The notes beneath the pieces were generated by a model. It saw only the letters and a program-made list of their open reading frames with translations. It was not told the DNA's origin and did not search any database. Of a DNA stretch of 64,000 nucleotides, positions 37,201 to 49,756 are shown piece after piece. Source of the DNA: Azolla caroliniana. Its lineage: Eukaryota > Plantae > Polypodiophyta. A program made the translations under genes and the position numbers. Every line of letters begins with the position of its first letter. Position 1 is the stretch's first letter. The stretch is from positions 2,046,001-2,110,000 of the forward strand of contig JBHGNT010000002.1 in NCBI GenBank assembly GCA_043228905.1, in the 5' to 3' direction.

Positions 37201-40200
37201 ATAGAACATCCTCCCAAAAGGCACACAATGCGATATGAAATACCGCAATAAAAACTAAGTTTGGAATCCTTAAATCTAATTTTTTTTGTAAATTACATAT
37301 TGCGGGTTTGCATATTCTTGTATAATCAGCATGTTATCATTATGTTCCCTCATAAACAATTGACGACAATCATTAGGTTGAGTGCAGGTAGTGCTCAAAA
37401 AGGTAATTGTTAAGAGGTTTTAGCGAGCACCTTTGAGGTCAAAGGCTGCTCAGGGGATCCTTACCTTCAAGAACACAGGTATTGCTGTGTATACAGAGGC
37501 CCATGAATGCGCTGTTAGTTAGCCCAAGTCAAGGTCTCTTCCCACCAACTAGAGGTTTTACCCTGATGAGCACGTTGCATACCTAGGGCTGTGAAGGAGA
37601 GGTTTAAATTAAGGAATACATTATGTTTTGATGTCCAATGAATGATGGAGAAAGTTGACCCACAACTCTTTAGCCAAGGCTTGCACTTATATTTGCAATG
37701 GGATGTAGGGGTATTCACAAATCATTGACTTCTTCCATAGGCTTGCCTCTCCACTTCTAACGTTCTGAGTCACAGTTGAGTGAGCAAAGGAATGACGAAA
37801 TCAAAGACTATAAATACCAGGAGACAGGGCACATGGTGCCATACCAACACCAAATCATGATCCCGAGGATACCCAATATCCAATAGGTGTGCATCATTGC
37901 ACCACTAGACCACAATAACCCACATCGAACACCATATCCCTCACCACCAGTACAGGATTGTAAAATCATCTAAAAAATGGATCAGTTCCAATTGTAAAAC
38001 CTCTTCCTTCATTAAGGTCATTATGTTTGATCTTTAGGACACATAGGCATTTTATTTTTTGAGTATAGATAAACTGAATCAACCCATATTTGTTACGCTT
38101 TGTTACAATGCTCTGCCTTTGACCATATTCTTGTTTGCTCTCCACAGATTGTCAATCTGATCCAATCCCTTGATACATTTCTCACATGATCACAATGTAC
38201 ACTATCAGTTGCAGCATTCATTAGTAATATTTTCAAATGTAGAGAGTCACCAAACTCCATACATGAAAATGTATCACTTCTGGTCTCATAGGTCATATTT
38301 GACCTCTGAGGATGATACAAAATCTATCTCATTCGGTCTGATAGGTCATTTTTGCCCCTTAAAAACATTAATTTTTCTTTCCCTGAAAAATTTGTAGTCC
38401 TAGAGTATTCTGATCTAATTAAGGCTTATCCCCAAATGCCATGAAAATTTGTTTTTCTCCAGGTCCAGATGGCATCAGAATTGGAGTTGTTAAAGCTGGA
38501 GGTGAGCAAACTTTCAAAACAATTGGAAACTTCCATGCAATGCGATCACCTAGTACCTGATGCAGGTGTTGATGTAAATACATTTAGAGAGGAAACCCAA
38601 GTACCAGTTCAGAAAGTATACATTCTTGGTGGCCACGATGGCCATTCATGGTTGGCATCTGTGGACGTTCTTTCTCCAGCCAGACATGAGTATTATCCAG
38701 TGGCTTCCATGCTGACACCTCGATCTTATGCTGCCTCTAGTGTGTTGATGGGGCAAGTTTATATTTTTGGTGGAGGGAATGGGAAGTTGTGGTATGAAAC
38801 AGGTACTTTTTTCCATTTTAGATTTTTAAGCCTTATGATTATTTCATATGAAGATGAAAAGATTTAGACAATCTTTCCTGCCAGTTGAAGTGTATGATAG
38901 TGTAGAAGATATATGGAGCGATTGTCCTCCAATGAACCTTAAGAGGGGCAGTTTGGCTGGTGCAACGATTGGTGATAGAATATTTGCAGTTGGTGGTGGA
39001 AATGGACAGCTTCACTTTTCTGACGTTGAATGCTATGATCCACATCTTGGCATGTGGATCAGTTCCACATCAATGTTGAATAAGGTATGTTATCTTAAAA
39101 AGTTATTAGTTTTTCATGCTGTTGGATATGGATCCATTCTTTGATTAAAAGTGCATCCACAATGCATTGCCTATCTGGATTGTTTTAAAAGAGTGTTATA
39201 CTAAAAAATTCAATAAATTCAGAAGGCAGCACTATGCTTCCAGATTATGGAACACAAGAACTCGGTTGCACTTCATAATGTTTCTATTTGATCACCTTCT
39301 CAAGTCCAGGACTTCAACATTAATAGCTGATTTCTCACAAGTAAATTATTCATTAGAGTTATTGTCAACCTAAACTAAAACACGAACCTATGAACAAATT
39401 ACAACAAAAGAGAGAAGAAAGAAACAAATGTATCATCTTTGAAGAGGCCAAAATTACATCTTAAAATGTTGTCTCATCTTTCGCAATAACAAACAATAAA
39501 TAAATATAACTTGAGGTATGAGAAAATTTTGTTTGCTAACCTCAACATTTTGAACTTAGAAGAACTGAAACTTCTGCAGTCAAACGACATCCAACATACA
39601 GTTTGGAGAAGTATTAGCCTATCATGGTTCTTCTATAGTAATGATGTACCATGAGATCCCCACTCTTGAAGATCACTACAACCTAGTTTAGATAACATCA
39701 CACAGTTGTATGAAACATGTATGCAAAAAACAGGACCAACATGTCATGGGCATAGATAGTTTTCAGCTACCATTCCATTGTGATCTCGGGCTTTTACAAA
39801 TTGTAACCAACCCTAAAATCAGTCTAATAGACCACAGATAATTAAAGGTTCTCGTATGTTTATATTCTCTCTCTCACCATTGCAGGTGCTTCCCTTGCTT
39901 CAGAGACCTCTCCATTCTGGATTAACGTATGCTAGAGATCTTTCGTAGACAAAAGTTATAATATATGAGCCGAAAACCAGATTCTTTAGTCTCTTTTTAT
40001 CTTATTTACTTCTATATTTACTTAGTAATATTTATTTTATTGTGATTTGTTGTTCTCAAAGATGAGACAACACTTCAGATGTAATCTCCATTTTGGCTTT
40101 ATAGGCCATTTTGGCCTCTTAAAAGACGTTAATATATCTTTCTTTCTTCAATGTATTCTCTGCATCTCAGCCATTTTCCTCTATGCATCAAAGCTAGATT

Positions 40201-42981
40201 ATATCTTTTTCCTCTTTGTATAACACGTTCAGCTCATGCGTGGCAGGAAGCCCTTGGAATCTATGCACTGTATGAATCCGAGTCAAGAAATATGTGTTCT
40301 TCCAATGGGTTGTCCAAGGCTGTGACTAGCACAATTGGAGTAAAACAAGAATGCTCACTATAACCCACTCTCTTTGGATCACATATTGAACTTCCAAGCC
40401 CTTATTGAGGAAGGCAGAGCCCATAACAAGAGGATTTATTGCTACTTTGTGGATTTCCTAAAAGCCTTTGACACTGCTGCATCCTCAGCTTATGCAACGG
40501 CTAGAAGCCCTTGGTGTCCCTATAGATATGCAATGGGGAATCGCTGCACTAGATAGAAGTATTTTGTATGGACAAAGGTTTGTCAATAAACATGGATAAA
40601 ACTAAATTGATTGTTTTTTAACACCACTCAAGCATGGGTAACAAGGTCTGAATCATATTCTTCTTAGGAGAGGAAAAGGTGACATACACACACTCCTACA
40701 CATGCCTAAGAGTAACATTTACAGGCCCTAGGTTCTCCTTACAAGAGGCTGCTTGTGCCCGACTTTCTTGTGGATATGCAGGCCTTGGTGCTCTCGAAAG
40801 ATAATGTGCACATTCACAGTTCCTAGAGCCATGAACTAAATTGTGGCTATTTTATACACTTGTCCCACCAACTCTTCTAAATGGAGTAGAAACATGGGGC
40901 TCGAGTTTTAATAACGCAAATAACTAGAAAGAGTTAGAGAGACCTTTAGTCTCAATGGTTGCATGCATGATAAGGAGCAAAGCCTCAGCGCCCCATGATA
41001 TAATCCAGGGGCAGCCCCTATAATCATTGAGGCATTATTCCAATTAGTGACATGTATCCAATGGCTTTGGGAGCTCCCCAAACAAAGGTACTCAAGGTTG
41101 GTAATTATGTCATCAAAACAAAATGCTAAACATAGAGATATTCATTGTTGGTATGCTCGTGGTATGCTCAAATGCAACAGTGGTTCGAGTCCCGTGGCAT
41201 AAACATAAATGCACTACCCCCATTCAAATAGAGCTTGGATTGACCCCATCTAAACATGCCCAAAGTTGAAAAGGATTTGCATCTGTTTCGATTGTGCTTT
41301 TCCTATGTTCGATTTCATAAAGAAAAGTAATCTTTTCCTCAATTAAAATCTGGTTTATATAGCTAATACTTCTTCCTTTTCTTGAAGCGTTTTTGCGTTG
41401 CAGCAGCAGAGTTAGATGGAGTGCTGTATGCAATTGGTGGTTACAATGATCAAAAGTATCTGGCGTAAGTTCATTGTAATTGGAAATAAGGTTAGGTATG
41501 CTAAATAAGAAAACTAGATCATGTTGGGATAGCATACCACTCTTTTCTAACAAGAAAATTGGCGGAACTGCCAACAACTGCCTGAGGATTGTGGGTCTTG
41601 GATGAGAGATTTTGTTCTTAAATTTGGTAGGCAAATATAGAGAATTCACAGGAAATGCAATGCGATCTTGGCTTTGAAAGTTATATGGGGTGGTTGATTT
41701 CATTTCATGAAAAACTATTGCATTGAATTGCATGACCAGCATTCAATCTTTTTTTGTTGAGCCTATTAGTATATGATGGATTTTCTTTATTTATTTCCTT
41801 TTTTGTTGTGTTTTTAACTTTAAAATTTGACAAAAATATTATTAATATCGTGTAAAATTGTTCAGGTCTGTTGAGAGATTTGATCCCCGTGAAGCTTTAT
41901 GGACAGCAGTTGCTCCAATGAACAAAAAAAGAGGTAGTCTGTCTGCAACAACACTAGGTGGCAAGATGTACGTTTCTTTATTTGTAAACATATTCAACTT
42001 CTCACAACCCATTAGAGTCTGTGTTTTTGCTCATGCTGTCTGTCATCTGGATGTGCTTTTTCTTCACAGTTATGCAATCGGTGGCTATGATGGTTCAGAG
42101 TTCTTGAGCAGTGTTGAGATGTATGAACCTCGTACAAATGCATGGTTGGAAATGGTAAGGAGAATCTGTTTGGCTGGAAATGGTAAATATAAGTGTGATA
42201 CTTCAACATATTATTCGTGTAACTCGTTAGTGTTCCACCATGATTTATCAATGGCCATAGTAGATTCTGTGATGCATAACATATGAAGAAGACTTGCTTA
42301 AATTTCCCAACATGTCTAAGTTGATGTTTTCTTGTTTCTTGATCGGGTGCTAGATGCATGGGGCATCTTATTGCAAATTTAACAACTCTTAGTATGTGCA
42401 TTCACCTAACTCCAGCAAAGGGGATTAGAATAGGAGTTCATAGATCATTTCTTTTTGTATGATGTCTATGTATGGACATCATATCACATCACGATTGTAA
42501 CATTTTTAGTCTCATAGGCAAAACTGGCCTCTTTAGAGACTGTAATATAATCTATCAATCTTCTTATATCCCCCTCCCTACCCTGATAATAACATCACAG
42601 AAGAAAAAAAAAACCTATCGTAGTCATTTTTCAATAAGATTTATTAAGTTGGGCTTGTGATTCTTGTGACAGGAAACTGGAATGCACAATGGAAGAGCTT
42701 ATGGAGCTGCAGCAAGAGTTGATGACTGTATCTATGTGTTTGGAGGCTTAAACGGTGGACCATATGTTGATACTGTAAGCAAATGTAACTAAGTAGATAG
42801 ATAGATAGATATGCTTTAATCTTAAACAAGATTTCAAACTGCAATTTACTCATGATACACCATAACTTGCTTGCCAAAGCAGGTAGAGTGCTACAGAGAG
42901 AATACTGGGTGGGAAGTTGTGGAAGACCTCTCCATTGGTGGCCGGTGTTTTCTTTCTTGTGCTGTGTTGGAATCATTATGA
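19238..42981 (+). CDS. DCD (development and cell death) domain + coiled-coil + Kelch-repeat protein; exons ~19238-19409, 33369-33550, 34782-35813, 35887-36003, 38463-38801, 38885-39084, 41389-41464, 41866-41967, 42071-42153, 42673-42774, 42882-42981
   Basis: DCD motif split across a phase-1 intron: LASVIFGCKHSTYDECIQQLLFG|LPYAHIRYVEKIQPGMPLFLFNYSDRKLHGIFEA...YPAQ|VRVR. Kelch repeats (VYILGGHDG, VYIFGGGNG, IFAVGGGNG, LYAIGGYN, YAIGGYDG, IYVFGGLNG); stop at 42979-42981. Confidence 0.9.
19577..21270 (-). mobile_element. truncated copia remnant: RT/RNaseH (~21270-20280) plus probable 3' LTR (~20262-19577)
   Basis: Minus-strand ORF pieces YRRLIGSLLHLTNT, HWQATIRVLRYL and KHIELHCHFVRE...DLFTKPL, then a purine-rich tract and a TG...CA segment. 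The LTR outer edge is uncertain (19565 or 19577). Confidence 0.75.
21300..22610 (-). mobile_element. two stacked 5'-truncated LINE copies (21300-21513 and 21515-22610)
   Basis: Conserved 3' end (plus strand: AAAGAAAGATATATTAATGTCTTTTAAGAGGCCAAAATGGCCTATAAGACC) with a (TTTC)n tail; ORF remnant LFDTLVTPTLLYGVETWG. Confidence 0.85.
22812..23676 (+). repeat. tandem duplication (~444 bp + ~421 bp) covering a LINE remnant and the first ~31 codons of the PPR ORF
   Basis: 22812-23255 is nearly identical to 23256-23676; the second copy lacks about 25 bp. Confidence 0.93.
23583..25436 (+). CDS. intronless PLS-class pentatricopeptide repeat protein (617 aa) ending after an E1-like motif, no DYW domain; nested in DCD-Kelch intron 1
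   Basis: Open 1854-bp ORF with repeated P-L-S triplets (VVSWTALLAGY, PNAVTFVCMLKAC, GSALVDMYAKFG), then P2-L2-S2 (YFESMSKDYGIVPAAEHHACIVD) and E1 (ATWNTVLDVCKTVGNV). Confidence 0.93.
   Translation: MAIHAFLHALKGCAKRKDLETGLNIHTEMVRTGVIEREIWIRNTLVDMYVKCGSLTRAYQVFEELPIRNVVMWTRLLSGFSDNGCANDAIDMFDRMQIEGVYPNAVTFVCMLKACGSIRAFSKGNIIHGEIERLGLLTRNNPFLGGALVDMYMKCGVLIMAHEVLEHLPVRNVVSWTALLAGYVEHDLGKKALECFREMLKEGISPNVVTIVCTLRACHSILAIEEGQRIHAYVRKNNTLEGDIIVGSALVDMYAKFGLLSEAQEVFDKLLGRDVASWTSLIAGYAEHGYAKDALKCFQQMQMEGVPPNALTLVCILKACASTGVAGNKGIEIHSEIDRRELLESNVFVGSSLVDMYAKCGLAGKAQEVFDKLSFRNVVSWNALISGYIESGDNERALKCFEEMQLEGLLPDMVTFVFTMKVCGNVGAISKGTEIHAAITRKGLLEGDFSIGCSLVDMYAKFGWLTIAKQIFDKLPLHNVVSWNSLIMGYAQFGESITALEGFEKMLKEGVKPDEVTFIIILNACNRARLFAECHAYFESMSKDYGIVPAAEHHACIVDNLSCMGQIYEAIWMIKKLPFSIYGATWNTVLDVCKTVGNVRLGNYAFNHLVGPTQSSC
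26102..26830 (+). mobile_element. LINE RT N-terminal fragment with a 266-bp tandem duplication (26102-26367 / 26368-26633)
   Basis: FPTSWTEHTIVPEFKTGDP...YRTIMIGHYFAKLYGSIL motif; direct repeat visible. Confidence 0.8.
26870..28641 (-). mobile_element. three stacked 5'-truncated LINE copies (~26870-28095, ~28105-28513, 28537-28641)
   Basis: Each copy has the same 3' UTR and (TTTC)n tail. The longest encodes QLRTSSHQLQIEVGRY...EERICQLCHQGVESEEHYVCHC. The shortest is flanked by the TSD ACCATTAGGAA (28526-28536, 28642-28652). Confidence 0.88.
28967..29279. mobile_element. Mutator-like MITE, 313 bp, ~128-bp TIRs, 9-bp TSD
   Basis: GGGAAAAGTACCAGGATACCCCTGGAAG... mirrors ...CTTCCAGGGGTATCCTGGTACTTTTCCC; TTTTTTATA at 28958-28966 and 29280-29288. 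Confidence 0.93.
29815..30870 (+). mobile_element. degenerate, internally deleted LINE copy
   Basis: LLYADDIVLIS, DKTKAMVFN and EQRICQL motifs, then the family 3' tail (CCATTTTGGCCTCTTAAAAG). Confidence 0.8.
31020..31655 (+). mobile_element. solo LTR (636 bp) of the same copia family as 1185-6270
   Basis: Full-length match to the 5' LTR with TGTTAG...CTAACA ends; TSD AGTAT at 31015-31019 and 31656-31660; no internal domain. Confidence 0.96.
32100..33240 (-). mobile_element. degenerate LINE ORF2 fragment (RT N-terminal region)
   Basis: SVWAEQNG...AGFQKRFSTLDHILT and YRAIMVGYYFAKLY motifs on the minus strand. Confidence 0.75.
33985..34430 (-). mobile_element. LINE 3' fragment in DCD-Kelch intron 2
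   Basis: EERICQLCHQGVESEEC motif and family tail. Confidence 0.8.
36167..36490 (+). repeat. ~162-bp tandem duplication in an intron
   Basis: ACTCAAGTAGACCATTTTTT... begins at 36167 and again at 36329. Confidence 0.85.
39880..41280 (+). mobile_element. LINE fragments (3' end 39880-40150; ORF2 pieces 40220-41280) in a DCD-Kelch intron
   Basis: Family tail; GVKQECSL, DHILNFQALIEEGRAHNKRIYCYFVDFLKAFD and GVETWG motifs. Confidence 0.85.
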
Positions 42982-43149
42982 TGATCATGAAATACATCAG
43001 TTTTGTGTGGAGAATATATGTAGTTGAATATCTTCTCAGTGTTGTATGGAGTATCTATCCGAATTTCCTTCAGATGTATATGAAGTGGACCATATGCTTC
43101 TCTTCCTGATATAAAAATTTCCCATCATATCAAAGATATTGCTGCAATG

Positions 43150-43480
43150 TTTTGTTAACCATGCTTCCTTTTAGCAGCTAAGCTTGCTATAGTTGGTAAA
43201 TGATCTTTCATGCACGTTAGAAAGTGCCATGGTCATTTATTGTGATCACTATTTGTTTCTCCAACAACTTTTTGAGTTCCACCTTATCGTTACGAAGGAA
43301 ACCTTTGTGGGTTCTACAGAAGTTTTTATCTTCTTCTCATCACTTTTGTCAAATGTACACTTGTCTATTACTTGACATGTTGAGCAAATCATCTCTATGC
43401 TCAAAGATGTGGGTGACAAATTAATAGTGAAGGCATTACACTACAGCTTGACAAATAGTATGATATGGGATGCTGAAATG
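43150..43480 (+). mobile_element. possible very old copia RNaseH remnant
   Basis: AMVIYCD and LDMLSK resemble the copia PxxIYCDN and ADxLTK motifs; weak. Confidence 0.35.
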
Positions 43481-43489
43481 ATGTTGAAG

Positions 43490-43890
43490 TTAGCAATGGG
43501 CCTGGTTCGGTTCGGGTTCGGTGCCTTGAAACCAAACCAAACCGTTTATGAACATTCGAACATTTAAACCAAACCATTTAAATAAACAGGTAAACTGAAC
43601 CATTTAAACCAAAACCGTTTAGGGAAAAGTTAAAACCAAACCGAACCATTTAATAAAAAGTTTAAACCTAATCACATTTAAGCTAAGCTAATTAAAAATT
43701 AATTAAATAAAAATACACAAAATTAAATAAGCATTTATGTTAAAATAAATAAATAAGATTAATTGAGCCATTAGATTAAATAAACAATTAAGTTAACTGA
43801 ATTAAACCAATGAAAAACATTAATTAAACCATTAAATTACAAAAACACTTAATGGATAAAAAAAAATAGCCCAAAAACCTATAAACCGTG
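43490..43890. repeat. AACC/GGTT-rich region, probable end of a non-autonomous DNA transposon
   Basis: GGTTCGGTTCGGGTTCGG followed by many AAACC(G/A) units. Confidence 0.5.
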
Positions 43891-45506
43891 CAACATATGT
43901 TTTCAATGAACTTTCAAAGAGCATTGTAATTGGTGTTATAGGAAACTTCACCATGTGCTAGTATCATTCTTCTCCTTTCCAATTGTTGTGACCAACAGAA
44001 CATGCAATATATGTCCCAATGTAGAGTCTCTACCAAATAATGAGAAATTGAGGAGCACCATAATGATGCACAAATATAATTAGACACTCTCTAATCTTGT
44101 TTGAAACAAACAAACTTTGCATGTTTCCACAATTTTCAAATTGCAAAGACATCATTAGAAATACTAAACCTCCAAGAGGATGTAAATATCTTTGGGGACC
44201 CTTATGATGGTGTTGAGTTCTCATAATTGCCATATGCTACAAAAGGTTATGTTTCTCCGAGTGGTTTGGTCTAAATTATGAATGATCTAGTGGAATCTTT
44301 AATTGTAAAAAGAGAAACATATATATACATTTGTGACTAAGCTTGAGAGAGAAAATAACCAAGAGTGTTGCTAAGTACATGCAATATTTTATGGCGTTCC
44401 CTGATCTCTTTCGTGGCGTTGACATCTTGCACTTGTTCCATCTTGTATTTGGGATGTAGTGAAGAAATAGAGATTAATTTCCTGGTTTTACTTGAGTTTC
44501 ATATTTGCATAAGGATTAATAACTCTTATCCTTGTGAGTGAGGGGGGAAATCCTTTCTTATAGCACACAATTGCTAGATTGTGAGGCAGTCACTAAGACT
44601 AACAACTTTTTTAATTGGTAACCACCATTTGCTTACCTAAATTACAAAAATCTTCATTGGGCAAAAGTACAAATTATTTGTGCTACTACAAATCTTATCA
44701 TTGGGTCTGCATAATGTTTTGCTATTTACTACAAGGGTATGCTACAATCACATCATATTCTTTTAATGCTTGCCATTTTCTTTCTCAAGCTTGTTACTTG
44801 CAATTTTCTAGAGTAGCACATTTAAGAAAATATACACCAGTAACAATGATCTGCTCTCAAATGTCAGGATTTAAGATGAAGGCCTGCACAACACAATAAT
44901 CCGTTATTACTACCATTTAATATCAATTACTAAATTCAATATTAGTAAATGATGCTACACGCAAGACAGCACTTCAGTGTGTCCAATACCAAAAAGCAAA
45001 ACAAAGACGCCTCAAATTCAAAAGTTACTTTAGAGAATAAAATGATTGATGTACAATTTCACCAAATACATCAAGTGAAAATAGGTTGTCTCAATGAAGT
45101 CAATTACAACTAAAATATAAGATGGTGATGTATGTTGAGTATATACAAATGATCTAATATTGTTATCTACTAGTTTTAGTGTATATTGTTGATTTGCTAT
45201 AGAGAAACTCCTTGATGTGAACTTCATGGTCGCAGATGCTTTTATGTAATGCATCACTATTAGTGTTTTTGAAATATGTCAGAATAACTTCTGAATTTGT
45301 GTTAAATATTTTAAAAGAGGAATAACATGTGAAATGAAACATATTAAGGCTAGAGTAAATCCCTATACATTTCGGGCATTTCTTTCACAATATTTTACAC
45401 CTTTTCCATAATGAAAACAAAACTCCTCGGATTAGTAGACAAGTTTCCTGAACATATTCAAAGGAAAATAGCATATAGATACAACGCAAGCCTTTTCAAG
45501 GTTGCA

Positions 45507-48069
45507 TTAGCTGCTCCAGTAGTTCTTCAGTTGTTGTATATGCATCAACAACTCATTTCTCCCCTGATTCGTAACACAACTAGTCATGATCCAAGGTGGC
45601 ATTTGATCATATGATTTCTTTAATAATCGCAAGAAATCTCGGATATTCTCTTCTAGTGCTGTCTTTTTCTTTGTTTTATCACATTTAGTAAAGACAATTG
45701 TTAAAGGAACCTGTTGCAAAAAGAAAAAGAAAAGGTCAAGTTTTCTCATAGATTTTAAGAAGCAAAAAATACATAATCAGAATATATTAGTATTTCAGCA
45801 AAAAGCGTATCCAGTATTTTTTCTTGTTTAAGAAACAGAACACTGCAAAAGTTCATATTTTCTGCTCATTACTATTACCTTATTTCGACCAAGCCAATCA
45901 GCACAATCAAGGTCAATCTGTTGTGGAGGAATGCTTGCATCAATAAGCAAGAGAACACTAACAAGACTATCCGAACGAAGGAAGTAACCTTTTGTGAAAT
46001 TATTCCATGTGCTCCGGACATCAGTTGGTACGTTGGCAAATCTAGACATAAATATTTAGGAAAGAAATATATATCGAATCAGAATGATATTGCCAAAATA
46101 TATGGAACAAGAATGGTAATGCAAGGATATATCACAAAAATGGTATTGCAAAAATATATTGTGAATATGATAATGCTGAAAAAGTTATGATATGTGTAAG
46201 CATATTGCAAAATCTATCTTGAAAATGATAGTTATAAAATGTATGTCCTGCGCAATAATGATGTTGCAAACTCGTGAGAGAATCATATGAACAACGAACA
46301 TAAGCCTAGATCATTTGATTATCAATAGTACCTGATCCTTCATAAAATATTACCTTACATATATGCCTCTTCTTTCAACAATATATTGTAAACGTTTGTT
46401 CATTCAAAAGCAAAAAATATCTGTTGTTAGAGACTTACCCATATCCAGGAAGATCAACGAGATACCAAGTTTTATTGATTAAATAATGTGTGATTACTTG
46501 TGTTTTCCCTGTAAAGCACAAACATTTTCAAACCACCATTACGTAGAGCCTGTAAATATCATCGCTACAAGATGTGTACTTTTGAAATGCTGAAGTCGGC
46601 AGTAATAATACATGCATGCATGCATACATACATACATGACGAAACACAGCTGAATTATACCAAAACATGAACTATGCACTATCAAGATCATGTCTGAGGT
46701 CATACCTTAGCAACTATTCCAGAAGCCTCAAAACTGTGCTATTTTCAACTCTTTATAGAAAAGGAAAATCAACAAAAACACCCCCAACTTACTTGGTTAG
46801 GTATTTTAGTGGTACAACATTTACTATTAGATAGGGGTATCCAGGCAATTTTTGAACCTTTATAAACATCCCAACCAGGTAAGTTCAAGTTCATGTTCAA
46901 ATATTCAAAATGCGTTTTATCAAATGAGGGCACATTTTACTATAGCAAAAGAATGCTTGCAAAAAACTACGAGTATATCTGGTTTTTCTTTGATATTTCT
47001 ACAAATTCCCTTTGTTTTTCACAAGAATTTTAGCATAACTTTTATATATTTCTTTTCAAGTTTGTTTCGTTTATGAATATTTCTGACTTGCAAGTTCACA
47101 TTTAGAAATTGGTATTTTATTGATTGAGGATTCATATTCTATGGCAAACACAAAACACAAGGCAACTTGATAAGAGAAAACTTCCCAGCATTTGAAATTA
47201 TGGAACGAATACAGAAAAAATTTGCTAAATTAACCCAAGTTTTTGACATGTTTTACCCAAACATAAGGACAAATTGTTAAGCATCACTACATCAAGCAAC
47301 ATACACAAGTGATTTGTTAAGCAAAACATCTATTAAGCAAACAAATATCCCCAAGGCAGCCTATAAAGAAAGAAAAAAAACCTGGTTTTTTTGATGTTTC
47401 AGCGATTTCCTTTTGTTGTGAGAGGGCATTGATGAGGGAAGACTTTCCAACATTCGACCGACCAACTAGTGCAAACTCTGGAAGGCCATCATTGGGGCAA
47501 TGGGCAGCGCGAGAACTCTCCTTAGCCATCACACAAGTGTGAACACGAAAATCTGAACTCTCGTGTGGACCAAGGAATATATTTGATCCTGGAAGCTTCT
47601 TCAAAGAACTCAAATCTTCGCAAAGAATTGCACTTGGTGGTATGAACATTCCTTTATAGAGAAGAACAAAATAACCCAAAAATATTTCACTAAAAAATTG
47701 TGCACTAAGCTAGGAGGTATGAACAAATACCTTTTTAGAGAAAAAAAATTTAAAAACTGACATTGCTTCTTCTTTAAATAATTCAAAAATACGATTCTCT
47801 TGCTATGAAGAGGTATGAACGTGGTACATACCTTTAAGAGAAGATAGTTCTTCTTTGTTGTTGATTTTCTTCTTTAACTCAGAGATGGGTTCTTCTGTGA
47901 CAATCTCCAGCTTCTCTAGTGGTTTCTTTCTGTGTGAGGAGGCCATGGATGAGGTACTTTGGGAGGTATGAGTCGTGGCCCATCTTCTCAATTGAGGCCA
48001 TGGTGAAGAAGAAGGCTCGCAGAGGCGACAAAGACGATGGATACATGCAGAGCTCGTCGCGGTAGCCAT
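45507..48069 (-). CDS. EngB/YihA (YsxC) family GTPase with an N-terminal organellar transit-like peptide; exons 48069-47832, 47651-47382, 46508-46439, 46041-45879, 45710-45507
   Basis: G1 [23 protein letters not shown]|KTQ, G3 LVDLPGYG|FA, LLIDAS, G4 [20 protein letters not shown]; splice phases consistent. Confidence 0.93.
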
Positions 48070-48107
48070 GGAGCTTGAAGCTTGAAGCTATTCTAAGGTT
48101 GGGAAGC

Positions 48108-48116
48108 ATATATATA

Positions 48117-48152
<36 letters not shown>

Positions 48153-48168
48153 TGTATGTATGTATATG
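48108..48168. repeat. (TA)n(TATG)n microsatellite just upstream of the GTPase start
   Basis: Direct reading of the sequence. Confidence 0.9.
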
Positions 48169-49756
48169 AAATTCCTGGAATACCCCTGGATGGATCTCGA
48201 ATTCCAGAAAAAGAAGAAGAAAGAAAGATATATTAACATCTCGAAAATACCATAATTCATCGCTACCCTCGAGCTCTCCTATACTCGATCGAAATGTATG
48301 CACAATTAAGACTCAATTGATGAGTGTTCCTAGACTGAAGAACGGTAGTGGAGACACACGTAACACATATCCAATTGGAAGCCCATCCGGTTCTAAAGGT
48401 AGTCTAGTCAGTCGGCAAAGTTGCCAACGTTTATGTATTATTACTTACACTACATTGGAAGGCTGTGAAGTAAGTCCCACAATATTCGTATATTGTTCGA
48501 AAATGTTCATCAAAGTCCCCTCCTGTTCTTAATTAACGAATGGAAGACTATGGACATACATTCCTTGGAAATTTAGGAACTTAATGGCGAAAGTGTATGC
48601 CTTTCGAGTTGGCTACTCTCAAGGTGTGACATAGCAAACTCGCTTATTGAATACTTCAAAAATAAAATCATGACTTAGATCCAATGAATCTGAGATCCAC
48701 AACAAACGTTCCATCAAATCTGTTTACAAATAACTTTGTGGGTATTCACCTTAACACCCTTGCTAAGTTGCTTTTCAAAAAAACATCGGAACACCTATAT
48801 GCAATAATAAATTAGGTTATATTTAATCACCAAGTGCTCTTAAATACAAAAGCAACTTTCACTAGTTTATGAAAACTGAAGTTTGGAATGTGTTCGTTGT
48901 TATAACTTAATAGAAAGTGGGAACACTATGGTTGAAGAGTGACAAGTTTCATTGTCTACTACTATATAGGACCTCCTCAATTAGGAGCTTGACAAGTCAA
49001 TATCCTTAGGCAAAATAAGTTAACTCATTAGCCTTACTCATGATTCGTTATGCCCTTGAATTAGATGATATGAGCAAGTGTATTCATGCATCAACTTTCT
49101 TAATTATGTGCGCAATATTAATCTTCATTTGATTAGGAGCAAACAAAACACGTGTATTCACATATAATCTTTATTAGTTACACGCCTAATCTTATTTTCT
49201 ACATGCAATTAGGAACAATATAAACATGTGTATTCCCTTAACGACTTTCTTAATTACGTACATAATGTTAATATTCATTCAATCAAGAACAACTCGGAGT
49301 GCATGTATTCACTGATCAACGTTCCTAATTACACACGCGATCTTAAATTTTATGTGGTTAGGAGACATAAAAAAACACCATTAAGTTTCTTAACGATGTG
49401 CCTAATCTTAATGTCACGTGATTTGAGTCTGAAAGTAAAAAAAAAGTCTAATTTCCTTATAAAAATATCCCAAATTTATAAATATTAATTTGCAAATTAA
49501 TTTTGTAGAGATGGATAGAAAGACCTAAAAATACAAGGAGAACAAACAAAACAATATACACACAAATTTGTGGTAGAGCGATTGCCATCAGTTTCTGCGA
49601 CAAAGCAGAAAGCTCATCATCAACGTCTTCGTCCTCTTCTTTACACAGAAAATAGCTATGAAGAAACCCTAACAGAAAGAAAGCAAAGAAACCCCTCATT
49701 CCTTTTCTCCCTCCCTCGCTCTCATACATATACATAATTGTACTCATAGGTACAAG

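Noticed and set aside
41178-41200. GGTTCGAGTCCC, resembling a tRNA T-loop or B-box
   Set aside because: It is LINE coding sequence (QWFES) with no cloverleaf.
43900-44400. Possible gypsy integrase remnant on the minus strand (EVSYNTNYNA)
   Set aside because: A single weak motif; cannot be supported without a search.
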